Below are positions 10,111 to 20,000 of a stretch of DNA of 20,000 nucleotides, one piece after another (the stretch's first letter is position 1; each line of letters begins with the position of its first letter). The position numbers were made by a program, and so were the translations under genes. The notes beneath the pieces are model-generated. The model searched no databases, was not told the origin of the DNA, and saw only the letters and a list, made by a program, of their open reading frames with translations. Source of the DNA: Catajapyx aquilonaris (taxonomy: Eukaryota); assembly GCA_000934665.2 (NCBI GenBank), contig JYFJ02001673.1, positions 52,904-72,903 of the forward strand. The letters run 5' to 3'.

Positions 10111-11836
10111 ACGGGTGCGAGAAATGGGGCCTAATTTGAAGGAAAAAAAAGGGAAAGAGGTGGGCCTCCCCCCTCAGAATTATTTATACCTCGGGTGACA
10201 AACTGCCTGCGAAATTAGTCTGCTAAAAGCATTATCTCTGACTCTGCATAGTGGAGGGAGGGTTTTTGCAGTTTATCAGAAATAGGAATGCGACTAAATG
10301 GCAGGAATTCGCATGAAAGAGCTAAGCAGAGAAACGGGGTGCAGAGGTGGAGCGACAGAGAGAAAAGAGAGCTCGCCCGTCACTGTCAAAAGCATGGACG
10401 CCGTTTAAGAAGGGTTCATTTTCTGCCTGGCTACGTATTAGACTGGAGGAATATACTACTTGTTATATAAGCTGCCAGACGTGCTGCAATAAACGAGTAT
10501 TGCCAGTTAACTCTTGATGATACTGTTTGGTCGTGAGGGGGAAAAATCATCTTAGAACAGGTGACGCCACAAATTTTGGCACAGATTTTACCTCTGAAAA
10601 TCCTGCATTGTTAAAATCCGTCTTGTGTAATTCATACCGCACCATATCTGACTAGTTGGACCTGAGAATGACAGCACGTTGCAGTTTCCGCTCCGGTTGG
10701 CTTGCCGCAACCCCTCCCGTGGAATATATCCCATCCTGAAAGATCAAACGAGCGTCTGTAGCTACCATCCTAGTGACCAAAATAACATTTTGGAGAGGGC
10801 AAAAAGATGCACGATTCAATACCCGGTGCCCCCGCTAGGCTACAATGTTTTGCTCCTGAATATCTCTCCACATGTGGGCCTTTTGTCAGAGGATATATTT
10901 ATATGAAGACTCGAGGAAAACTAGCCAGAGTTCAACTGCTGGGGCTGTCAAGTGCAAGTCGCAGCAGTGTATTATATCGACCTGTGGGGGCCTCCTCCCT
11001 TCCTGCTCTAACATGTCGCGATGAGTTGCTCAAACGCATCTATTCGCCTTCTCAAGCGAAGAATACGAGATGAACTCCCTCATCACTTTTAGGAGCAGAT
11101 TCAGTCGAGTCTGGCAGTCACTGTTGAACCTTGCTGTATGTTCCGATTTGGAGACGGAAACAAGTGATTGAAACACGGACCAGAAAATAACGTCCCGTCT
11201 CCAAGTCGGAACATGACAGACAGGTACCGCCAAAATTTGCGGACTCAACTCATCTCTGTTCCGAAAAACATGGGAGAGGTCATTAAGTACCGGAGTGCGA
11301 TGATTGAATTAGCAAAAGCCCAAATGATCCGAATAATGAAGAACGCACATGGGCATCATTAAGCCAACTCATCAGTATCCCATGTGTGCTTATCACCCCG
11401 TTGTTTTACTTGCCCCGGCGATATTGTTTGCGGATGGCGACTAACGCACACAGTATCTGGAACGAAATCGACGGCTAATCATCAATGGAAACGGGAGGGT
11501 GATGCTATATGCATGATACATTTCACCCGGGCGTGTCAGCGCTAATTGTAAGTGCAATTCCAATCGGAACAGGATTTTGAATGAACGCGACACTTCCGAA
11601 TGCTACATACCAAGAGTTGGCATGGAAAGTGTCTTACGTATAAAAAAATATGACGGTGACGTTTTCAGGGCTGGAGAGTGATAAAGTAGGTCATTTTGTG
11701 GTAATGGAGGCGGCGGAATTACAAGGTAACCGCTGCAGTTCATGCAAGCGGCGGACACATTGTCCATTATGACCCCAACTTACTGGTAGTCATTCATCAC
11801 GGACGATAATTTCTCGTTTGTTTCTTGCAGCAAGGT

Positions 11837-11855
11837 AGAGAGAGAGAGAAAAAAA
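11837..11855. repeat. (AG)6 plus A-tract
   Basis: agagagagagag followed by an A-run, seen directly. Confidence 0.7.
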
Positions 11856-11943
11856 GGTGCAGGAGACTTTAGACGGCTTACGACCTCGTATTGTTAGGGT
11901 CATAACGCTGCGTGAGACTTGCATAAAAGAGAGGAAAAGGGCA

Positions 11944-11989
11944 TTTTTTAACTCGACAATTTCGGACAAAATTGTCGAGTATATTTTTT
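11944..11989 (+). mobile_element. Perfect 12-bp stem-loop flanked by T-runs; possible Helentron/HINE terminus remnant
   Basis: TTTTTTA-ACTCGACAATTT(11951-62)-CGGACA-AAATTGTCGAGT(11969-80)-ATATTTTTT. Layout recalls Helentron-type 5' ends. No matching second end found. Confidence 0.3.
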
Positions 11990-12438
11990 GGGCATGGGAC
12001 TGCTGTTAAAAAGGGCGGTCTGGAACGTGTCGCAATGTTATAGTCATTCGTGGGTGAATATTTTTCTTGGTTTATTACAGCCTGGTAATTTTATGATTCA
12101 TGAAAGCAATGCAGTATTATGACCTAGCTTCAGGGGAAAGTAGAAGGCTAATCATATATTGTAGATTCATATTAATAAGTGGCTTGAAAGGACGATGTGC
12201 ATTACCGAATAACATATGTTTACATGTAACCTATACAGTTTTACTGCAGCGGTCTTTCGTTTAAAGGTGTTTCTCGGATGCACAAGTTTACAGTGAGACC
12301 TTTCCACTTTTCTGTACAGTGTGAGATGACATTGCGAAGAAATGGTACTTTCTCGTAATAAATATTACATGTGGACACTATTGTGTCATTCGCAGAGAGG
12401 GCTGTCTGTATCCACTCATTTATTGAAGAAGAACAACT

Positions 12439-12612
12439 TTGAAAAGTGACCTGAAAGTGTCACATTGTAGGTCGAAACCTGAATGAAGGAAACGTAAGGA
12501 AAGAAATGCTCAATCCTCTGATTCTACGTACCGTACCTTATTGTTATTAAAAATACGAACTTCATTTTGAAATGTCGAAACATGTTGAAGTTTATTTCTA
12601 CCACTTAATAAA
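12439..12612 (+). mobile_element. Probable decayed Penelope-like element terminal-repeat fragment with two degenerate hammerhead-like motifs
   Basis: TTGAAAAGT-GACCT(12448-52)...AGGTC(12469-73)-GAAAC. Then AACTTC(12558-63)...GTC-GAAACATGTT-GAAGTT(12587-92), followed by AATAAA 12607-12612. Confidence 0.35.
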
Positions 12613-13233
12613 GTCAACAGTATAGTTTTATTTCTTACAGAATAAGAAGAACCTTTAAGAGTTTTTCTGAATGTAATTGAAATGAGGCACGCCGGCTGCA
12701 ATCTAAGCTTAAAATTTTCTGGACGTAATCACTCATAATCCTGAGCAAGGCTAGTTAAGTGCCATGCTCCTCCCCCTTTCCATATTTTATACACGGGATC
12801 ATTACGTCAACATCACGTCAGTGTAATTTTGACATAAGGCGAAGGAAGAAAAGATTTCGCTGAAAACGTAAACCCCCTCCCTCCCTTCCAAGCAGTACCT
12901 TTTATTCACAATGAAATATGATCTGCACTTTTGAAATGTCATCAAAATGGCAGCCTAATGATTTTTTTTTCCTTTCGTCTCTTTTTGGTTCCCTCATTTT
13001 CCTTGCCTTTTGCTATTGAACAAGGGCTTACACGAAAGGAGCCGGAACCCAGAGCTCACGTTACTGTAACCAGAAGCAAATCTGTAATCTTGGGGTGAGG
13101 CGGCATCGTGGTCTAATTGCCACGGGCACCCTATTCAATAAGTTTGTTTCGTGCTGTTCAGTCTGATGGCCCTTAGGGAGCTGAACAGACCAGCGTTTTC
13201 TCTCCCCCTATCCTCCACCCCCTCTGGCTTTAA

Positions 13234-13268
13234 CCCTCCCCACCCCCCACCCCACCCCCCAAAAACCC
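13234..13268 (-). other. G-quadruplex-forming motif (C-rich on plus strand)
   Basis: ccctccccaccccccaccccaccccccaaaaaccc: six C-runs of 3 or more, mostly with 1-nt spacers. Confidence 0.6.
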
Positions 13269-16200
13269 ACCGTGATTACGACCTACTCGCACTAATGACA
13301 CGCAGGAGGCTGCGAGTCTACCAGAGGGGGATCCCATATGTCATTCTGAAAGGCCATGCCTTCCCTGGACGCCAAATGGGACACTCGCCTAGATTTCTGT
13401 TGCTGCTCCTGCAAAAAATGGATGTGAAAAATGCACCAAAAATTCGGTAGCAATCAGTATGTAATTAGAGATTTTAGCTTAATTTAAGTCGATGCGATCA
13501 GTATTATTGTGGGAAAGCTAACTTTAAACATGATTTTATTTGCTTCTTGAACAGGATATCCAGTACTGTACCTCATAATTTATGTAATGGACTTCAGAAT
13601 ATTTTCAAACAAAATTAGTCTACCCAAATGTGATGTGAAGTGAGAGGATATCCTGCTGGATAGGCAACAGACACCAGTGAAAATTCAGCAGTCTACACCG
13701 CAGGATACTGATCCATGTGCCATTTTTCCGCCATTTTTTTGCACACCCTGTGGGAGTACGACCATAATGTAAGTGTAGAGTTAAATCTGCGTTCGTATTT
13801 TGGCAACGTCAATTTTCTGTATTTTTTTTCGTACTATGTGCATTGGCATGGCGCATTGATCAATGCAGTAAGCTGGATATGTTATGCTTTAAGAGACTTC
13901 ATCTATCAATGCTGTGCTTCCGGAAGCCATCACTTGAAACATTTCCCTGGTTACTAACCCTGGATATTCTCTCTCCGACACAAGAGAAATAAAATAAAAA
14001 AAGACAACAGTGCAGATAAAGCCGGTCGACTTTATTTTGACAAAAGGCTTCTCCGCAGCGTTGTTTATGGCCAGATCGCCAGATTAGGGCAGGATGCCAG
14101 AACCCAAAGAAAAGGCCTGTAATTTACTCTGTAATGTTGATAAAGCGTAAGATTAGATCCACTTTCCATTGGAGGGACTGGTTACTCGCAGAAAATGGAA
14201 CTAATTGTCATACGTGGTCCTGGAGAGTCCATCGCTCAAAAAATTGCTTGCAGGAACACCCCTTACTGTCGTATTGGGCAATTTCCTAGGGCCGTAGTTT
14301 CAGGGCAGTTTCACTCTGAGAGGTGGCGAGGTTTGAAGTGGGACAAGTGCGGTCGGAAGGAATAAAAGCGGACAAGGAAAGAGCCATATACGCTCCCCCC
14401 ACTGGAGCTCCTGGCGTGCGTGACACTGCCTCAGGTGTCAATAACACGGTGGGTTTTCTAGGCTCCAGGCAGATTGGATGAGCCTTGGCCCAGGGCCAAA
14501 CTTGCTGAGCCACTATCCCAGTTTACATCGAGGTTTCTCCACAACTCCACTCCGCAACTCCCCCGGATTTATTATCCGACAATTGAATAATTCCCAACTT
14601 TCACTTGTTGCCTCCTGGCTTGGCCAAGTGCTGCAGCAAGCAGCGCGGGGAGAAACAACAGCGGGGGGAAGGTGGCCTAAAAATTTGGCCTTTATGCCAC
14701 AGGGTGGGTATTCAATTAGATGTTATTATCCAGCGACTAACTTCTCACTCGGGTTCAGATGGAGAAGGTCGACCGCAGCCGAGTCGGAGAACGACACGCT
14801 TTTAGGAAACGTTTTACTATGTTCCCACATCAAACCGCTGTGGCCTCTTCATCCTGAGCTGCCCCCCTTTTGAGACGGCCCAAAGTAATGGGGGGTGGAG
14901 GCAGCGGCGGTGGTAAAAGGGAGAGAGTGGTGGTGGTAGTAGTGCATGGTTCACTCTTCAGGAAGAGAGGGGAAACTGCCAGGGATTTCCAGGGGATGAA
15001 TTTCTCCTCTCGTGCCCGCCATCTCAGGATCAAATTAAGGGAGGCTTTATAAGTGAAATAATGGGACCCAGAAAGAATTCGGAGTATTGTTCGATCGTTT
15101 GCAACTGCTTGTTGACAGGAATGGATGAAAGTGCGAGGCATTTACGTTGAGTGAACCCGCAGCATTGATGGCAGTCATATACCCGTTTTATTTTGACATT
15201 TATATATACGGAGATGATTGCATAAAATGGTAGTGCACGTGCACTATAGGAAGATATTTGCTGAATTGGCTTTATGTACAAAAAATGACATAAATAATGC
15301 CTTGTCACGTACAAGTTGATTATCCGGGTGGAATTTTGGCGTAGATGCGCTCAGTTAACCCCGAGCGAAAAAGAGAGTAATGCTGTGGCGTGCCTGGCAG
15401 ACTAAAGAGAGAGACCATGCGGCCACTTCATGTTACTGCGGAGTCCGGCCCGGTATGGATTACTCCCAAGCGTCCAGGAACCCATTTGATGGCGATTTCG
15501 CAACGTAATTATAAAGCAAGGGACCTTCTGGGAAAGGTGGAATTGCCCCCCCCCCCCTCTACCCTCTTCCTCTCATCTCCTTTTCCTCCAGAACGGGGCC
15601 AAAGTGCAACCATGCTTGAGCAAGCAGCAGATGGCCTGTCTTCCCAACTCATTGCATACATTCAGCCAACAAATGGATTTCTGCAGCGTTTCGCTTATTA
15701 CATGCTACTTTGCGGCACGCACGTGGCCTACGAGCTGCTTCTGTCAAGAAAGACGGAGTAGGAGGAGAGGTACCATATGTTTCCCCTCAAGTATTACTCG
15801 TGTACTGTATGACCTCTCCAGATGCAACGTTGTGCAATGTCCTCTCAAGTCAGACAATGAGTCCTCACAAACAAGATTTCACGAGGAACAGCAATAGAAG
15901 TGAGTTAAGGTATATGTGGCAGTCTGTGAGGAAACGGGGGGGACGCTAATGGGCTTTTGCTGTTTATGCACTCTCTAGAAGTGCATTTATTTCTTATGCG
16001 GGGAATGGAAATCAGAGGCCCCCGAAGGGACGGCTGACTTTCAGAGAAGGACGGTTTCCAGTTCTTTTTTTCCCAAGGTTTCTCTTTTCCAGACGTTGGA
16101 AAAGCTGAACTAATACTACCTGCCAAGGGTCTCGTGTCACGTTCTGACGCGATGGAGAGCAAAGAATAATTAACTTAACTCTAAGGCATGTAAATCCATC

Positions 16201-16423
16201 CCTCCGAAAGTATATGCTTAATCTCCATCACAATTTACAACGTTTTATGGAAAGCAACGGAGATGCTCGCTTTTATGTGTCGGAACATATCAAGCCAGCA
16301 AGAGGTGACGAATCTGTTGGATTAATAGTAATGAGGAGGGAATACTGTTGACACTGCCGGATACTGTACGGCATGGGGGCGAGAGGCGAGGCTAAAGTGA
16401 TTTTATGGGTACTGTACTACTCA

Positions 16424-16435
16424 GCCGCCATTTTG
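16424..16435 (+). promoter_or_regulatory. YY1/Pleiohomeotic consensus site GCCGCCATTTTG
   Basis: Exact 12-nt match to the YY1/Pho extended consensus (reverse complement CAAAATGGCGGC). Motif match only. Confidence 0.35.
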
Positions 16436-16723
16436 ATTATTAATTTTTGCGGCATGAGTTTTGCGACTAAGTGATTACCTGCAAAAGATCGAATATGGTA
16501 ATTGATATAATTGTTTTTAAATAATTACTTTGGGGCATTAAGGTTGTAGTAGATACATACGAGTATACACTGCAGTATCGTAAGTAGAAGTTGCAACTTT
16601 AATAGAAACTACTTTAAGTAAGGAATGTTTTAAAACATCGTGATTCATCAACATGCCATCAATGCCTGTTTCATATTTGGGATGTTGTGGTAACCCGCAG
16701 GCCTGTGAACAAGCAGGATATCC

Positions 16724-16800
16724 GGGAGCTGAAGCTTAGTGGGCGAACACACGCCTTTGCATGTTGCTGGAAAGTCCAGGGTTCAAGTCCCACGCTTTTT
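16724..16800 (+). pseudogene. Degenerate tRNA-Ala(TGC)-like sequence: tRNA pseudogene or tRNA-derived SINE head
   Basis: A-box-like TGAAGCTTAGTGG 16730-42, anticodon loop TTTGCAT 16756-62 (TGC 16758-60), B-box GGTTCAAGTCC 16780-90, acceptor-like GGGAGC/GCTTTT and T5 at 16796-16800. Colinear with eukaryotic tRNA-Ala(TGC), but the stems are broken. Confidence 0.7.
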
Positions 16801-17103
16801 CCCCGCATACATTGCATTGGGCAGTAAGTTATGAATATCTACAAGTGCAAATAGTTTCTATTATTAGTTCAGACAAATATTTCCCACGCAGCTTAGTCCT
16901 TTTCAAACAAATTGGCGCAAAAACCGCCGGGGAAAAATACATCGCTCCCTGCAAAGGACATGTAGAAAGTTGTGGGTGGAGTTCCTTGGCAATGGATTTC
17001 TTCAGCTGAAAAGGGGAAACAGATGTACTGTTTGCGTGCATCATGACACCCAATGATCAATCACGACAACTCTTGATTTTTGCCCCACTCCCTTCCCACT
17101 ATT

Positions 17104-17140
17104 TCTCTCTCTCTCTCTCCCTCCCTCTCTCTCCCTTTCC
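17104..17140. repeat. (CT)n/pyrimidine tract (GAGA-type repeat)
   Basis: tctctctctctctctccctccctctctctccctttcc seen directly. Confidence 0.75.
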
Positions 17141-20000
17141 CACTATTAGAATTACCCACCGCGCGAGGTATTTCTTTTCATTTGCGGTCCGGTCACTTAA
17201 TTCGAATGGACCGTGACGTTTGCAGCACGAACACCGATGGGGCCAGATACCGACACCCATGCCGTGACGTGTTATGCCCTGGAACTGAATGAGACTTTAG
17301 TTGTCATTGTTGCGATAACTGGATGGCTGCCGGAAGGACGCGTCGGGTGCAAGAAATTTATACATGCACAGGACTGTGCGATGTTTGTCTGTTTAACGTA
17401 GACTATATCAGTAAGATAGAAGGTTTCCTGTTCTATGGCTTTGTGGAGTCCATTTAGTCCTGACGATTCATGATAACTGATAAGCCATCAAGCCAGGATT
17501 TTCTGCATTACCTCAGTTACCTGGCATGTAAAGCAAGTGCAAGGTCCAATCTTTGCCTTGGATTATCTCTAAGCTGGTTTTATGGACTGTGGATTTATCC
17601 TGCATGCCCTCGTTATTTAAATTCAGTTTTTGAGACACGTAAATCCTGATATAGACTTGTGCATCATCAATCCAGTCCACATGACCCCGCGAACCGCATA
17701 AGGTCAGGAGCGCGTTCGCCATAAATTAGTGTGTTTGGACATAATTACGTGTGGACTCCTGCGGCGGATGCCGACGGGACAACCTGAGCGAAGGGAGCGG
17801 ACTGTAAATATTATTTTGGCAGAAATGATCGCGGGTAGCGCTACAATAACCCAATAATGGGCTGCTGGGATTAGTCCAGTACAATGGATCCCAGACATAA
17901 CGGTATATCACCCGGAAGGTTCACGTGGGGTGAGATCCGCCCACCTATACCCATAGCCAGGATTTTTTTTTGCAAAAAATATTTATCCAGCCCCCTCTAT
18001 GGGAGTGGGCTCGATGTCAACACAGGCTGTACCGAATTTACATCCGCCTACCCTCACGAGGGACCTCATTTTAAACCGGCCCGCCAAAAAGTCCTAACGC
18101 CACTCTCTGGCATTTTATTCCCTCACCTCTGGCACCAACTATGCAAGCGTCCCCCTTGCTTTTCATATCGCGACTAACTACAGTAATCCCGTTAGTAGTG
18201 GGGTCCAAAACGGGCGAAATTGACATTTATAAGACAGCTGAGAGACATGTTGGGAATGACCCCGTAATTTCTAAGAGGCGCTTCTTGAAAACTCGGGGGT
18301 CTCCTGTTAACAGTGTCAGGATGGTACAGCAGGAGGGGGTAGGAGGCAAAGGAGGAATTTTAATGGTGGCAAGAAAGCTGGTATAATTCGGGGAAGGTCA
18401 CCCTCAGACGAGCTGGTGTTGTACATACCAAGGAGGCCTTTACGGCATATTAATCTGGCAGGCTGCACCATAGCTGTCTATTAAAGCTGGGGACACTTGC
18501 ACCGTCGGGTATACTCTATAAAGTTGGGCGGTGGGAAGTTGAAGGGCTGGGGGGACAGAAAATTTACCGCGGCATTACATCCGAGAGAAGAGAGTATACC
18601 GGCTCTAAAGCTGTAATATGTTCATTGCCACTGGAGGTTTTTATTATTTTTTTCCCGGACGCAAATTTGTTTGTACTACACGGGGGATGCGGATTAGTAT
18701 AGTGTTTTTTATGGTAGTAACCATGAGCCTGAGAGAGAATATTTTAACAATAGATGCTAAAAATGCCCGAATTTATGTTATTCAGCAGCTCTATTGTACT
18801 ACGTTTTTAGTGCAATAGCAAGATGAAATTGTGAGGAGGTTGGTCATGTTAAATACAAAAAGACCTGTAGCATTGAATGTCAAAGGTCGTAAGTTAATGA
18901 CGTGTGGAGAATTAGTCAAATGTTATTTTTTGGAAGACGTCCGACATTATTACGTCGACAATGTGCAATGTAGACATAATTCGTACATCATCTGCATATA
19001 ATAACACATCATACTAGAAGCTCTAATTTGGTTTTTTCCCCACATATAGCCAACTGTATTCTTTCACTAAATAATGCTCTTTGCTTGTCGGTGGACCTCC
19101 ATCATTTTACATAATTTATATGCATTACAGTAACATTAGGAGTTTTATTCAGTACATGTATTAGTGAGAAGTGCTGCAATGTGTCACAACGAGTGTTCCA
19201 GATTGACAACCGATGATTTTCGATCAAAAGCGCCGTACATTACACCTCCCGCGCACTTCCGATCAACAATGAGGAAGCTTCCCACGTGGCCTAAATATGA
19301 ACCCCTGCAAAGGGACACAATGGGTGTTGCGTGCGCACGCCACAATGCGGCAGGTACCCATCAAGGGTACAAAATTAGCAAATCAAAACTCTGGCAAATA
19401 CGTTTCAGCAGGTAGTGTTCCAGAAACGATTGCATGACGGGCGCACATATAAAACGACAAAGTGTTGAGTCTTGCGTAGGGACGGAAAAGTATCGGCCCG
19501 GGCCTCGTTATTGCGTCTTGGAGCTTGAATTTATGACGTAATTATCATCTGTTCTGTGCCGTGGGCCAAATGGGTGGACAACTTCCATTAATTACGTGAG
19601 CTATGCTAGTGAATAAGTCGGGCGTAATGCTATCCACCCCACTTATCCATCTGGCCGGCTGGCTGTTCAATAATTATTTTACTGTGGCGGTTCTTTTCGA
19701 GGCTATCTTCCGGTGCCATATCGATATTAGCAGAAAGAACTCTCACCCAACAGACAGGTTTACGATGATGAAAATATAGCGTGTGTAAATTGAGGTGTTG
19801 GTTTGGGCTACCAATATTTTATCAAAGGTATAGGCTACATATTTAGAAGCAGTTTCTATGAAATGTTATCAAAAATAGTAGCTTCTAAGTAACTATAGTT
19901 TAAATTATCACAAAAACTAATTCCCTACGGAATTGTAAAAAAAGGAAAGTAAGATCCAAGTAACGGATAGAAATGACTGAAACAAGACTGGGCTGCGTAA

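Noticed and set aside
13154..13188. CTGTTCAG/CTGAACAG hairpin, and the similar 9-bp AT-rich inverted repeat at 3340-3367
   Set aside because: The stems are short and do not extend convincingly, so they are compatible with chance.
15231..15246. 16-bp perfect palindrome TAGTGCACGTGCACTA
   Set aside because: Real, but one palindrome of this length in 20 kb is not far from chance and it has no supporting context.
882..18696. Enrichment of K50 homeodomain (TAATCC) and Meis/Hth (TGACAG) sites
   Set aside because: My counts (about 13 and 9) match composition-based expectation.
517..19415. All six-frame ORFs as protein-coding genes (longest 6063-6485, 14478-14873, 2487-2861, 15390-15761)
   Set aside because: They are short, overlap on both strands, often use non-ATG starts, have composition driven by homopolymer and GA tracts, and show no recognisable domains. 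This is the expected background in non-coding DNA.
1..20000. Hox-cluster miRNAs (miR-10, miR-993, iab-4), CRISPR arrays, rRNA and prokaryotic operons
   Set aside because: No matching mature sequences, no regularly spaced repeats and no gene-dense organisation seen.

Overview
This window reads as eukaryotic, most likely invertebrate animal, non-coding DNA: a large intron or intergenic regulatory region. By eye it has moderate GC, no CpG depletion, frequent homopolymer and GA/CT tracts, and many TAAT/ATTA cores. All listed ORFs are short (140 aa or less) and overlap on both strands, so I call no CDS. I see no prokaryotic operon, CRISPR array or rRNA. The best-supported structure is a compact module at about 9.43-10.13 kb. 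It contains two octamer sites, an inverted pair of CACGTG E-boxes abutting a TATA box, a diverged ~83-bp direct repeat (two copies 370 bp apart, ~80% identical), and between the copies a 95-nt hairpin of 39 pairs that resembles a pri-miRNA or a tiny MITE. Other items are a decayed tRNA-Ala(TGC)-like or SINE head (16724-16800), a probable Penelope-type remnant with two degenerate hammerhead-like motifs (12439-12612), a Helentron-end-like hairpin (11944-11989), a minus-strand microexon or small-exon candidate (3477-3482/3559), and octamer, YY1/Pho and Pbx-Hox motifs suggestive of a developmental-gene regulatory region. All alignments, folds and counts were done by eye. Functional calls are inference.
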